From Chrysomallon squamiferum (taxonomy: Eukaryota; Animalia; Mollusca), in assembly GCA_012295275.1 (NCBI GenBank), contig CM022671.1, positions 28,768,001 through 28,832,000 of the forward strand: a stretch of 64,000 bases of DNA, written 5' to 3'. This document shows positions 14,570 through 28,718 of this stretch, in pieces; within the stretch, counting starts at the first letter, position 1, and the number at the start of each line of letters is the position of its first letter. The position numbers were made by a program, and so were the translations under genes. Below the pieces are notes generated by a model that was given only the letters and a program-made list of their open reading frames with translations, did no database searches and was not told the origin of the DNA.

Positions 14570-15519
14570 AGATACACATACATTAAAAATAGTTTTACAA
14601 GCTGAACTATTTTCGGAGTGTTTATATAGCTATCATTTCATTCCAGTGATAACTCAAACATAAAAGTTTCTCTGTCATGAAATACGTTACTGTTTTCATA
14701 AAACGAAATTTTAATCAAGGAATGTAATGATATCAGAAAATAATTCCGTTAATGGGGAGAGATGACTGATACAGACTATATAATTATAGTGTTTATCAAT
14801 CGCTTAATGGATGAATACCATGTCTGACAAGAACACAGAGGCTATGTATTTATTATATCAATCTAAAGATAACACATCACACACTATTAGACATCAGAAT
14901 ACTCGAACAGCACGCTAAACCTTCGTAGGCCAGCAAACAAATCCTACAAGACTTCATCACAAGAATACCCGACCCAAGTAGTAAAACGTTTAGTCATTGG
15001 TCCAAGGAGATAATACTTTCTAAACGACTAATTATGAGTGCACGTCTCGGAGCCAAATGAATGAATCTTTGGCATTACGACCGCTAAATCCACGTAATTC
15101 TGTGACGGTTTTAACGAAATTATTACCAGACCACTTATTGAATTATTACATCGTTGGCTTTCAGTTCTTTTTACCCACAGGGATTTTTAGTTTGAAAATA
15201 CGGAAGTTTTGGTTCCAAGCAATATACGGTAATGAAGCCTAGAGACGGTGTCGGGAAGTGTTGTTTAGCTGTGCATGTTCAGCTTTAGGCCTGTTAATAA
15301 ATGTGTTTAAGAATAACTATATTAGTGTGTCATGGTTTTTAGATGGAAGACAACGTCTGTTGATGTCGTGATGCCTGCTTCAAGGAATAGATTAGTTATT
15401 TAAGAAATAATGTTCTCATTTAATAGACATTTTGTTTAAATTGTGCCAAACACTAGCTCTTTTAAAAATCTTTAAAATGATCGTAATAATTATAACTAAC
15501 ACAACAACAATACTACTAT

Positions 15520-15551
<32 letters not shown>

Positions 15552-16529
15552 TTACCACTACTACTACAACTATTACTACTACTATTACTAGTAAGAATAA
15601 TAATAATAAAAGGAATAACAACAACAACGATGATGATGATGATGATAATAATAATAATAGCCCATTTAAAAAATGAAAAATTACCTTCTTTTTTATTTTT
15701 AGTAATATATATATATTAAATGCTTTTGTGTGTGTGTGTTCTTTTAAAGGCTTATTCTGTCTCATATTCTTTACTTCATTTTTGTTTTATTTTTTCTTGC
15801 TTTTATGTTTATTTTCTTTATTCCGTTTTCTTTCTTTCTTTCTCTTTCCTTCTTGAGTTTCTTTGACTCTTTTGTTTCTGTTTATTCCTCTTTCATTCTT
15901 TCACATATTTCTCTTTCTCTCCCTCCCTTCCTTTCAGAACAAATTAAGCATTTCAATGGGTGACTATCTCATTTCGCCGGTTCGAACATTTTGAACCTGT
16001 CACGGTAACATTTTCATTAATGGAGACAGATTTGATGTTAAGTAACCTTCGAAATCCGCAAGTCTTATGCGGACATTGCTGGTTCAAGATATTACAGCCG
16101 TCGCTAAGTGGCTCAATGGCTTTTGATTGCTGATGGTAACAAAATCAGAGGAAAAAGTGCTCTATTATTCGAGACGATGCTTAAGTCGCGACTAATGTGG
16201 TCGTGCCCTCTCGGTCTAATTGCGTTGTCACCGGGGTGTCCGCAATCTCGTTGAGAAAATCAGCATCAAACTTTAATCTAATTAATTTGCTTATTTCTTC
16301 ACAGTGAAAGCGCAAGGATCAGGGAATCAGTGTTTATGTGGACAACGTAGCAAGGGGGAGTTCGCTGTTTAATGAATACAGATGTGAGAAGAAGACGATG
16401 CAAAGGCAAATCGGTGGAAATCTGATAACGTATCAATGTCGTGCATATCTTGCGACTCTCACCGTCTTTATTTATTTACTTTTTTTTATTATTTATTTAT
16501 TTATTTATTTTTTAATGACGTGTACGATA

Positions 16530-16790
16530 CTAGTAAACTTCTTTGCATGTTCAGTCGTGGAAGTAAAAATAACCAAGTATACTAAACTTGTTTTGTTCAC
16601 CTATTTAGTAGTGGTAAAGAACCAAGATACTAAACTTCAGGCTTTTTTCTTTCGCATTTAGTAAGAGATGTAAAAAGAACTAAGGATGCTAAATTTCAGT
16701 ATTGTCTGCATGTTTGGTAATAGAAGTAAAAAGAACCGAAGACACTAAACTTCAATCGTGTCTGCGTGTTTAATAACACTAAAACGAACC
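16530..16790. repeat. Diverged minisatellite of about 55 bp, 4-5 copies
   Basis: Recurrent GTAAAAAGAACC(A/G)AG..ACTAAACTTCA...TGCATGTTTAGTAA-like unit. Confidence 0.7.
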
Positions 16791-16939
16791 ATTCATGGTT
16801 ACATGCTAGACAAATGTACAGACCAAACGCAAGCTTGTAGTAAACATTTCAACAAACAAATTTACTTTGGAAGATTAATTCCTACGTGGTATGAAGTGTC
16901 TCAGGAACAAAAATGACTGTGTCCCCATCTGACTACATC

Positions 16940-17150
16940 TCATTATGCCAGTATGGCTCAACTGGTTTACATTAGACCTTCCTTCTCTATGAGGTTACAT
17001 ATAAAAGATCCCTTATTTCTAATTGATTAATCCAGCTTCGTAATAACAGCATTGGTTTCCCTTCTCCTCTCATTATTATAAAAACTCCGATATATTTGGT
17101 AACTTGTAATCATCAGTAATCATTAATATTAATATGAGGCGAGTTATAGT
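16940..17150 (+). mobile_element. Decayed MetaSINE-like (Meta core domain) element
   Basis: GCCAGT...CAACTGGT...CATATAAAAGATCCCTT...CTAAT...AGC..TGGTTTCC resembles my recollection of the Meta-domain SINE core found in molluscs. Not verified by a search. Confidence 0.45.
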
Positions 17151-17229
17151 TAAATATTCACCACATTATTAATATCATCATCATCGTCGTCATCGTCGTC
17201 ATTATCTTCATCATTATTTTCATTTATTT

Positions 17230-17267
<38 letters not shown>

Positions 17268-17567
17268 CTATGCCAAACAATTTTAAAATTCTGTGGAATG
17301 AAAACAGAATACTGGTATGTGTACAAGTTTCGAATTGTTGATTGTCATTTTGTTGTACATCTCAGTGTAAGTATTTTGTCTCAGTGTTTTATCTAAGTGA
17401 AGGTTAATGTCAAGCTGGAATTGTTTATTTTTCAGAGCTTAATAAACAGTTACACATTGATGGAATATTTATTATCTCAATATTTATTTAGGTACAAATG
17501 TGTGTTGTGTGTTTGTGTGTATCTATTTTTATACGCTTCGTTTGCTCATACATACATAATGGAACCA

Positions 17568-17663
<96 letters not shown>

Positions 17664-17689
17664 ACACACACACACATACACACACACAC

Positions 17690-17735
<46 letters not shown>

Positions 17736-17928
17736 AAAAAAACCCACATATATTATAAATTAGTAGCTGTCTATTATATCACTGTGCCTGAAACACAAAA
17801 TGCAACAGGCACTGAAGTAGTTTAATGAGTTGATGTCTTCGAAATTTAGATGTACTCCGCACGATGTCATTTTTGTCTGTTCTTCTAGGACTCTGAACCA
17901 AACACGTAATTTGGATCACATAATAGTT

Positions 17929-17989
<61 letters not shown>

Positions 17990-18488
17990 AGACACACACC
18001 AATTCTGCCTGATCTCATTAACGAACGCTAATCATTTCTATCTCTTCTAGAATAATTATGAGTCAGGGTTATTACATTTCTTAGAACCACAGAGTAATTA
18101 CATTAATGATTTTTTTTTTCAATTTCCATTTTTTCCGTTCTTTATTATTATTTTTTTGTTCATGTGTTTGTAGTCTTTTTCCTAATCTTGCTCATTTTCT
18201 CATTATTCGTCTTCATTTATTTTGTTGTCATTATCTTTGCCTTTCATTTCCTTTCATTCTAGACACTGACGTTCATTCTCTTTCAGTTCCATTTCATTGT
18301 GTTTCCTGTGCTGGTCACAGTTATCAGACAGAAAACTCGCCTGGGGCGTTCTGTGTCCAGTTCTAACTGTTTTCTAGACAGTTTGTCAGTGTAGATTTAC
18401 TATGACCACGATCGTTTTGTACTTGTCAGTTTGTGTTTCTTTATCTTATAATTTTTGTTATCTTTGATACATACATACATACATACAT

Positions 18489-18521
<33 letters not shown>

Positions 18522-18559
18522 AATACATACACGTATATACATATACATATATATATATA

Positions 18560-18635
<76 letters not shown>

Positions 18636-20555
18636 GTTATTCAGGATGGCCCGTAAAAAACGAAGACATATCATACAACTGCGAAGTGGAAAAATCCCTC
18701 GAAATGAATATCGTTTGTGAATGCACTGATTGCACTAAATAATTTTTAAATATATTCTAATTTAAAAAAAATATATATATAACAAAACAACAAAAAAAAA
18801 AAAAAAACAACAACAATCAAACAAATATAAGATTATATGTTTTGCAACAATACATTACCCGGTTATTTATGAGTTACGACTTTTGTATTATTATATCTAT
18901 ATATTTGTCACTCACGTACTCTCTCATTTGTATTTGCCTTTTTTCTGTATATGTCAGGAATTAATACTTTCATCAGACAAAGACATATTTTTATGAACAT
19001 AATACAGATACATTTTTCATTACAACTTTGTTAATATTCTATTTAGACTAAAAGCAAATGTACTGGACACAAATGGAAAAAAATATTATTTTTGGCTTTT
19101 TGAAGGATCGGAAAAGTCGGGGTCTGGGTTTCGGCAAATAACTGATTTTCTTATTCCATAATTAGAACCATTTGTACCAGCAGCAATGGTGGTAATGTAG
19201 CGGCAGCCTAACGGTATTAAGTACGTCAGACGCAATAGTAGTAGTATGTAGCAAAAATAATCAGGGACTCATTAGTCTGGTAGCAAACGAAATGTAAATA
19301 TCAAGCTACAAGCCCAGCATTTTCGTGCGTCCAGATCCACAGATGAAAACAGATTAAACCGTGTTACATACACTAAAAGACGCTTCCTGTATGATCAACA
19401 AATTTTATCGTCAAATCCAGAAAATGTCATTTTTGAACTGAAGTTTTCTTACATTTTGTGACATTTGGAAGCGATACCTTCAAGAAAGTAATAGTATCAC
19501 TGAAGTGTCAGACGCATTTGTTGTATTATCTGGCTACACAGCAAACGAAAATTTTAAAAATATTTTACACTATAAGTAAATAATTTACGTCTTAATATTT
19601 ATAATTATGTACTTGTTAATATAGGTTCCCTTTGTTAGCACATGCTACAGGCCCAGACATAGTTTAATCGTGTTCTGACGGTGATGGTGTTGAAATAGTG
19701 CTAGTAGCAGTCGAAGCAGTAGTAGTAGCTGTTGACGATGATGGTGATGGTATTTGTATAAGTTGTTGCGTTGTAGACTGAAAGTTATATCCCTTCATTA
19801 ATACTTCCCATAACTGAGAGAAAAACAATACATTTTTTGTAAACACGTCATTTGTGAAACAAGCGCATCTATTATCAGCTGGCGATACGCGAAATACCTG
19901 ACACCAGGCAAATAAACAAAGCTCTGTTATAGCCTCGGTATTTGATGACGTATGAACGAGAATTCCAAATAATCCGCCCTCTATTTAGAAAGCAAAACAA
20001 AGACATATGCCAGTGCGCATGTTATCCATGAAGTTACAACAGGTTATCTGAACCGCCGCGATTTGTTTACTGACTTAGGGACCTCGTACGGTGAGGCGTA
20101 TTAACAAAACGAAATCAGTATCAGGTGTGGTTGTGTAACAGTGTATGAATATGCAGTAAGATACGCTATGATTTAATAATAATACTAATTTATTATGCGG
20201 TGTAATAGGGCTCGTGTGTTTAAATGGATAACGTTCCTGTTTAATGTTATTCTTTATTTTTTCCTTTTTTGTTTTTATTTTTTTTTTATTTTTGTTTTTC
20301 TGTCTTTCTTTTTTCCCGCTTACTTTCTTCTTTTTTTCAATTTATTTTTTAATTTTTAAATTTGTCTTTGTTTTTCTTGTTGCAGAGTAAATTCAGGATA
20401 TCAGATTCACTTTCAGATTAAGAAGAATAAACGATTGTCTAAACCAGACTAATTTAACTAGTTATCTTTATATTCCATAATCGATTCTTTGTCTTAATAA
20501 TTAACTTTATTTATGTACATAAATACATACATACATATACACATATTCATACATA

Positions 20556-20591
<36 letters not shown>

Positions 20592-22308
20592 ACACAGGCA
20601 TACATATATTCATACTTACATGCATACATATACACAAACATACTCACACTCATACATACATACATGCATACTCCATCAAAGGCCATGATATAAACTTTCC
20701 TGTTGCATATTTTCTCATCCTCTTATCACTGAGTTACAAATTAACATACACCAAGTAACTTGAATACAGTAATGTCTTGTTTTCTTGAATTAAAATGAAA
20801 GATAATTTAATTTCTTGTAGATAGTCATCGTTCTTTTCTGTCTGAAATTTCTTGAAGATATCTATCGTCTGTCTTGTCAAATTATTTCTGAAAATAATCC
20901 ATTATTGTACACACACTGTCGTTATGTAATTTCTTTCTTATCAGTAAAAATAAATAGAAAAAGAAAAGAAAATGATTAATGATTAATGTTTTGTTTAAAT
21001 TACTTATTTTATGTTTTTTTTTTTAAGTTAATAAAAGAATAAATGAAATCTTATCGCTCTTACAGTTTTACATTTAAATAAGTTACATCTTACAAAATTA
21101 TTATTGCTATTATTATTTAATTTTATAAAAGAATGAAACGAAATCTTTTTTATTATTACCATTATTTCCTGCATGTAATACTGAGATAAATCTACTGTCT
21201 TTCCATAGCGTAATTCATAGTAATAAAAAAAAAAAAAAACTTTAAATAAATAAAAAAAAAAAAAAAAAATTCAAAGAAAAACGACAGACACAGACAGACA
21301 GACAGACAGAAAGAAGGAAAGTAAGAAAAGAAAAAGAGAAAAAGTAGACGAAAATTCCAGATAAGACGAAGAAATCCACTTAACATTGTCGGACCGCATT
21401 CCGTCCAGCTGAAACAAATTCAGTCCTATTGTTATCGTAAATGTCTGAAACCATCGCCACATAAACTTCTGTCTTTATCTTCCTCCTCTTTGTGAAGAGA
21501 ACCACAGCCTTTCTTTCATGTTCGTATAATAGTCTGAAGACTCTTTAATTGCAAGCTGGTACTCGAGTTCCCAGAGACTCTGGGGAAGTTAAAGTGTTAG
21601 TTATAGGAACCAGGAGGTTTCTCTCTTGGCTGTAGGAACCGGGGAGTGTGTGTTAGACAAGCTGGTTTATCTTGTACCTGTCTCGTGCGACGTAATTAAT
21701 GACCGCGGCAAGAGTAAGAAAATTAACATGTAGCACGTTGCTGGAATAGAGTCACATTCCCGAAGTTCTGATGGTCGTAGGTAGGTAGGTAGCTTGTTTT
21801 GTCTTTATTCTCGTAAGGTGTCATGCTTAGATATAGCTTATTTATCAAATGGAATCAGTATAGTGGGATATAGGTGTATTATTTTCAAATGGAATTGGTA
21901 AGGTTTATTGTGGACAATTTTCAGCGAAATTAGCTAATTGATATTCATTTTACGTCATCATCTAGCTGTTCTGTTGAAATGACGTAATTTACGATAAAAT
22001 ACCGCCAAAATGTGACCGAATAAAAAAATCACTTTTGGTGAAAAAAATTTGGAAATAGTAAAGTATATAATGGTTTTGGAGACGGTATTAATTCTTTAGT
22101 AACAGTTACAAAGGACTGGTATGTGTTAACTTGAAATGATATCAGTTTAGTAAACGTTTCATATTAACAAAATGACTGGCAGGTGCCCGTCGGCTTTTAA
22201 AACATGCTTATAATATTAATTACCCACAAAAATTAAACACAAAATTATTTGTCGACTGCATTGTAATAGTACTAGTAGTAAAATAGTAGTAGTAGTAGTA
22301 GTAGTAGT

Positions 22309-22345
<37 letters not shown>

Positions 22346-22415
22346 CAGCAGCAGCAGAAATATTAATAATCTTAATAATCACTATTATTATCATCAGATT
22401 CATCTTCACTATTGT

Positions 22416-22458
<43 letters not shown>

Positions 22459-22921
22459 GCTGCTGCTGCTGTTGCTGCAGTTACTATTACTAGTATTATT
22501 ACCACTATTATTACACGACATAATCTGAATACAATTATGGGCACAGTTTTGGAAGAGCTAAATGAATTCATGGGCAAATCAAACCATCGGATAATGTCAT
22601 TTCGGCGATGCGAAATAGGAAATCTGCAATTCCGGACAGCGCAGAACAATAACCGAGTTTCTCAGGTCGCTGACGTTTTTGTTGTCAGTACCAGGAGGTC
22701 ATTTCGCGAAATACACCATGTCGATTTGTGTACCGTTACCTACAACTGAGTTGTCGATTTCGATAAACACGTGAAGAGTTTGTTTGACGTGTCGATTACG
22801 ACAGTATGCTGTCAGTATCAGAACTGCGCTGTGTTACTGCTGATGGATTCTGAAAGGTGTTCGTCTGCTCGATCCACAGTTCTGTGATCTGCAATCGATT
22901 TTTCTTATTCTTATTTCCATT

Positions 22922-23135
22922 GTAAGATGTTTATACTCGTGTATTCAATGGGTTTAGTAAGAAGGGGGTGTTTGGAATTATGACTCAATTAATTAATATT
23001 TAAACAGCTTTTTATTCTATTCTATTCTATTCTATTTTTATTTTTTATTATGTAAATATATTTTTATTGTGTTTGATTTTCTTGTTCTTTATCTTTCTTT
23101 ATTATCTTTCTTTCTTTCTTTTTCTTCTTCTTCTT

Positions 23136-23202
<67 letters not shown>

Positions 23203-23393
23203 GCGTTGTTTTCATTCATTCATTTCTTTGAATTTCGCTCATTGTTCATTCTGTTTTGTCGTGGATTTTGTTCAGTTTTCTTTTTATTATTATTATTATT
23301 AATTTAGTAACTTAAAATCATCACTATGTTTATCGTCTTGCATTTTTCCAGTTATGTACGTATTTATTTATTTGTTTATTTATTTGTTTCTAG
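22922..23393 (+). other. Probable 5'UTR intron of the 679-aa gene
   Basis: GTAAGA donor at 22922 ends a CpG-rich, complex-sequence block (about 22520-22921). T-rich tract and TAG acceptor at 23391-23393. The intervening sequence is low-complexity. Confidence 0.5.
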
Positions 23394-23428
23394 GTTGACG
23401 TAAAGTTTCCACGTCAAACACATGTACC

Positions 23429-25468
23429 ATGACGAGCACAACAGGCAGCGCTGGGGTGCTCTTCTTGCTGTGGTGTTTCGTTCGAGCCTGTAACTTCCCC
23501 GACTACCTACAGACCCTGGGGGAGTCCCAGCCCTGGCAGACGCAGATCAAACACAACCGCACCAAGACAGTGAAGATATATTTCAGACACGGAGTCATGG
23601 AGATTTTGCCCAGCATCAAGACTGGAGAACCAGTGTCGGAACGCTGGAACTGCACGATGGAATTCAAAGGAAACTACCTTCTTCATCTGGAATCGAACCA
23701 ACAGCCTCTGAGATTCGTGTGCATAAAAGTTTACAAACGAAACAGGTCTATACTTCAGATAGCTTGGTCTAAATTCAGTTACACTCTAGATCCCACCATT
23801 TGCGAAAACGAGCCTTTGACTTTAGATCCTTGGCCACTTGTGGCATACCACCTGTTAGAACAGGACTTCATGCCGTGTCCTTTCTCGGGTGGATTCGACA
23901 TTAAAATCACCGACTCAAAAGGAAGGCCGAACCCTTGTAATTACATGGATTTACCGATGAGGATGGAGAGTGACTGCATAGGCGGAGAGGGTATGATATT
24001 TAACTTCAGAGCGAACAACTGTAGACCAAAGGTCTCTATGCGTGTTCGAGAGAGAACCCTGTGCGTGGCCAGTTGGAAGGACGACACTAATTACTTCGCT
24101 GTGATTCGCAGACACAGCAGCAAGCGGTTGTGGTGTGTCAGGTTTCCTGTGAGAGAAAAACGCAATGAGCCTGCGTATTTTTTCAACGATCTGTCGTGTG
24201 TGTCCACGGATTTACAAAACGAGACGATCGACTACTTTCGTTTGGATCTGGAGATAAGTGTGGTGAACAATCTGTGCCAGGACGAGTACGAGGAGTGTGC
24301 TGAGATGCCGTGTAACATGTACACGGAACAGGAGTGTCAGAAGACGTGCAAACTGTGTAGCTTGTCCAACCCCCCGGCAATCTGCTCCTACCCTCGCAGG
24401 TTCCGAGGTATATGGTACCAAAGAGACACCAGCGGCGTCAAATACATTGAATTTCACGAGTCAGATTTGATTATAGAAAACGTAGGAAATTTTAGTTGTG
24501 TAGCCTTCGACGACAGTCCGCCCAGACGAGAAAGGACGTACACCGTTGTGTCTATGTTTAAAAACGGCTGTCGTCCTAGATACTCGTGTATTCGGCTCAA
24601 GCGTCTTGGTCCGTCTGTTTTGAAATACAGTCTTAGTAAAAGTTACATCTGGCCAATGAACGCTGAGAACCAGGGCGCGAAAATATGCGAGGCCAATCGG
24701 TTTGCAGCAGATCCGGACCCAGTAGCTGATCGCTACAGATCGTATCGCGGTACGGGTAAACCAATCGTAATGCATTATCCTTCGCCAAAATGGATAGACT
24801 GTAATCTCACCACATCTTATACAATTCGTGCCTCGTTCGCTAATGGCAATTCTTGCATGGGCAGCATTTACCAAGTGTGTGGCGAAAACTCGCGACTTAG
24901 AATAGATTTTACCAACTGCAGCCACGAACCCCTTCAGAATGAATACGGCTGCGTGGCGCAGTACGAAGGTCATTACTGGGAGACGTTGCTGCTGCTGCAG
25001 AACGTAGCAGACAACACGGACACGAGGTGCATCATGTTTAACCAGCTCCACCCTTCAGACGCTCTCGTTCTTGTTGGGGGTTACTGCGACAAAAACAGTT
25101 GGGGATTCGTCAGAGGCGGGTTGAGAACGCCGCTGATGAAGCTGCATATCAGACCCGACATTTTTCCTTGTAAAAATTTACCTTTAGTGGAAAGGACGAT
25201 GAAGAGCACGACGTCGACGTTGGTGAAGCCATACGACGACGCTCGGGTGCCAGTGACTGTTTACGTCAGCAGCGGCGATTCTGGTCAGAGGGATTCGTGG
25301 AATACACATAACATTCCTAACACGCGCGAAGCCTACGAGCCAGATAAAAATATTAGACAAGTGAATTCCCATCCTAGTTCAGCTTTGACAGTATATTCCA
25401 ATTATACCAGTTTAAGTATAATGTTGACTTTTATTACCAGATTCGTATTGTTGATGTGCATACATTAG
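23429..25468 (+). CDS. 679-aa Cys-rich secreted/GPI-anchored protein with an internal ShK-like 6-Cys module; remainder tentatively DUF7042/DUF7043/DUF7044-like
   Basis: Uninterrupted 2040-nt ORF, far more GC-rich than its flanks. Start context ACCATGA. N-terminal signal peptide (GVLFLLWCFVRA/C). Repeated CxF/YP..W and CPFxG...C.ASW motifs. CQDEYEECAEMPCNMYTEQECQKTCKLC at aa 283-310. Ser/Thr-rich stalk, then SSA and a hydrophobic C-terminal tail. Splice acceptor TTTCTAG| at 23393, 35 nt upstream of the ATG. The family assignment is from recalled motifs, not a search. Confidence 0.9.
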   Translation: MTSTTGSAGVLFLLWCFVRACNFPDYLQTLGESQPWQTQIKHNRTKTVKIYFRHGVMEILPSIKTGEPVSERWNCTMEFKGNYLLHLESNQQPLRFVCIKVYKRNRSILQIAWSKFSYTLDPTICENEPLTLDPWPLVAYHLLEQDFMPCPFSGGFDIKITDSKGRPNPCNYMDLPMRMESDCIGGEGMIFNFRANNCRPKVSMRVRERTLCVASWKDDTNYFAVIRRHSSKRLWCVRFPVREKRNEPAYFFNDLSCVSTDLQNETIDYFRLDLEISVVNNLCQDEYEECAEMPCNMYTEQECQKTCKLCSLSNPPAICSYPRRFRGIWYQRDTSGVKYIEFHESDLIIENVGNFSCVAFDDSPPRRERTYTVVSMFKNGCRPRYSCIRLKRLGPSVLKYSLSKSYIWPMNAENQGAKICEANRFAADPDPVADRYRSYRGTGKPIVMHYPSPKWIDCNLTTSYTIRASFANGNSCMGSIYQVCGENSRLRIDFTNCSHEPLQNEYGCVAQYEGHYWETLLLLQNVADNTDTRCIMFNQLHPSDALVLVGGYCDKNSWGFVRGGLRTPLMKLHIRPDIFPCKNLPLVERTMKSTTSTLVKPYDDARVPVTVYVSSGDSGQRDSWNTHNIPNTREAYEPDKNIRQVNSHPSSALTVYSNYTSLSIMLTFITRFVLLMCIH

Positions 25469-27325
25469 CTGTTTTAATTAACTAATGATGACGTTGTTGG
25501 GAGAATGGTGTAAAATTAATTCTCCCATTAATGACAAGTATAGAATTCCTTTAATTAACTAATAAGGAAAGGAAAACGATTTATTTATTTATTTATTTAT
25601 TTATTCAATACTCTGTATATAATGGTTCTACTGCCTTTTTTATACTCGTTTTAATTACAGTGCAATTAAAAATCATAGGCCTATTTTAAAGACATAAATT
25701 AAAGTATTTGTTCCGTTAAAGCTATTTATTCATATTTTCAAATTGTTAATAGGTTAAATTATTAAATTATTTATTTTTGTTGTTAACAAGTTGGCAGTTG
25801 TTTAATTATAAAGATTTCAGCTCACATTTTACAAAGGACAAAGGATCGAAATAAACAAATTGTTAACATAACAGTTTTCGTTGCCTTTTTAAGACTGTCT
25901 TTTAACGTTTCGTTATAGATTTCAAACCAATCAAAAAGCACATTACAAATTAATTTTTACACTTCATCCAATAAAATTATGTTTGTAAATAATCATACAT
26001 CATTGTACACTGGAGCTGTATATACTTTTAATGAATCAAAATTTATAGTCACAAATCAAGATAGAAAAATCTAGTTAGATATATCTCTCTTTTTTTATAA
26101 CGAAATCGTTTTTGTACTGGCGATATGTTAACACTGGAAGATTTCTGGAAAGAGAGAAAAAAGAGGATACAATACTTTAGAAGGCCGAATGCTTGAGCGA
26201 TAGAAGATTTTCTATGATATTTTCAATTATAGAAGTCAGTGATATTTTCGCAACTTTATTTTTTTCATCCCATTAAAAACCCTTTACTCATCATCTGTAA
26301 TCTTTATCCAGCTTTGAAATTAATATAAATTTCATAATGGATAAAAATTAAGGTAAAAGTAAAGAAAGCAGATCAATTTTAATTTGGGACCAATTAATTA
26401 GGATAACATGTCTATGAAAAATTAATAAATTTAGACTATTTCGTGACTACCTGTAATATTCTCAGCTGTATTTAATTAAGCTTGGCGTAATATGTAACTA
26501 GAAACACTGATACGAACACCAGAAAGTTGGTTTATGAAAGAAAATTTGTGTTTTCGTCGTTTAGAAAAGATGACTTGAACGTAAGGAGCGCTCCTTATTT
26601 TCCATTCTAAAGATTACAAACAAATTATTTCAGGATTCACATCTATTAAACTTCTTCATTTTCATTAGAAAATGTGTGTTATTTATTTATTTACTGTTTA
26701 AATCATGTTCGATCTTGAAAATTTGGAGACTGTATATCTTGTTCTTAACTTGATAGAATTAAGGTGTTTCTATAAAGCAAACAAAGATAACTTATCCACC
26801 CAAGTTTTCATATTAACAATCCTATTACCATTACTACTGAAACCGGACTGAAGAGTATGCAGTTTTTAATATCCTTACGATTTAAACACGCCTTTCATGG
26901 GCCTGACTCCTAGTATTAGTGATACGATCTCTTTGACAGAGTAATGATATCGATATAGAAATCGTTACTTAAAATTAAGCTTTGTGAATACAGCTTAAGA
27001 GATATTATTGGAATTTTAGATTATTACAAATATTTACATATCCAAAGATTTTTATAGCCGTCCCTTTGTATTTTGTTTAACTATTTCTGTATCTGTTTTT
27101 TTCTTCTTCTTCTTCTTATTATTATTTTTTTTTTTTTTTTTTTTTTAGATTGTGTTATACATATTGTACAGTATTGCTGTGACATATTCATTTTCAGTTT
27201 TGAGGTAACTTTTATTACACATAATTTATTAACGTATATGTATTATGCTTGTGTGAATAATCCTATGAGGACCATATGTTTGTTGTGCGTATATAAAGAC
27301 CAAAAAGAACTGCTAATTACAAATC

Positions 27326-27331
27326 AATAAA
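27326..27331 (+). promoter_or_regulatory. Candidate polyadenylation signal of the 679-aa gene (about 1.9-kb 3'UTR)
   Basis: AATAAA followed about 20 nt later by the GU-rich GTTTGTTTTCGTTTTCTGTC. Other AATAAA hexamers exist upstream, so the choice is uncertain. Confidence 0.3.
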
Positions 27332-28507
27332 TTTTTATATTAAAATATCAGTTTGTTTTCGTTTTCTGTCACACGCATGTATAAATTTAATAGTCATTTT
27401 AGAACTGCATATCTGTTATTTAGACATATATATGTTGTAATGTATAGCTTTGTTCTTTCATGTTCATAGATATAAATTTATAATATAAAACAAGTGGATG
27501 CTGGAGAATTAAAAATGTTACAAATGCAATAACAGTTACACAAATTTATAAATAAATGAGCTTGTTCATTTTAGACTAGATAATTAATAAAGCGAACTGA
27601 TAAATCAAGCAATTAAAAGAAATAATTCAAATACCATGAATCATGTTAGTAAAATTAGTAATACGTACGTGTTTTAAAGTATATGTATTTACGTATACAT
27701 GTGTGTGTGTACCTACGTATATGTGTATGTATGTATATATATGTATGTATGTATGTATGTGTAAATGTACGTGTTTGTGTGATTGTGTGTCTGTGTCTAT
27801 GTTTGTGAGTCTGTTGTTTGTTAGTATGTGTCTATGTTTGTGTGTTTGTGTCTGTGTTTGAGAGTCTGTATACAGCTCACTGACCAGGAAACTCAGCAAA
27901 TTTACAAAACCATTCTCAATCTGGAATAGCTGTTTTGACCTTGCACGAGAAAGGTGAACGGTCTGCAGTGCCAAAAAATTGATTTTTGTGTCAAACGCTT
28001 GTGTACGAGATCGGAATTAGGCGTCCTTGACTTCATGCTGCTTGGTTCAGCTTTCGTCAGACTCTGAGCGTGTAAGAGTACTGAGAATGTGCGCGCTCGA
28101 ATGAGCTTGTTTGTCAGTTCCGGACGTGTTTGAGGTTTTGAAAGTAAATGTGTATGTGTGTCTCTGTGTGCGCGCGTGGGTGTGACTTTAGGCCGAGGTT
28201 CACAGCCAAAAAGAACTTCGAGCTAGAGTTAGTGTATATTGTGTTTGTTTGTGCGTGTTTGGGGGGGGGGTGTTGTTTAGGAAGGAGGACAGGGTTAATT
28301 CGCTAAACAGGAAATATGTATTTGTTCGATTTCTGATGTTATTTATGAAGGAAATGTTTAATTTGCATGAATCATAAAGAAAACCACACAAACCAGAAAC
28401 TAGCAGAACCCATCAACACATACGTTTGTTTTTAAATTGAAATAATTAAAGATCGTTCATTTTTTAATATCGTTTTCCTTGGGGTAAAATAAGGAAATGG
28501 GGGAATT

Positions 28508-28538
<31 letters not shown>

Positions 28539-28626
28539 GGAATTAAGCATAATATTAATACTTAAACATATAGGTTTTGAATAGCTGAGCCAAATACTAA
28601 AGTGAAGTACTTTTCATATCATTATC

Positions 28627-28718
<92 letters not shown>

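Noticed and set aside
22309-22749. 146-aa ORF with a complex C-terminal half
   Set aside because: Starts in trinucleotide repeats and has no recognisable domain. Better explained as promoter/5'UTR of the 679-aa gene.
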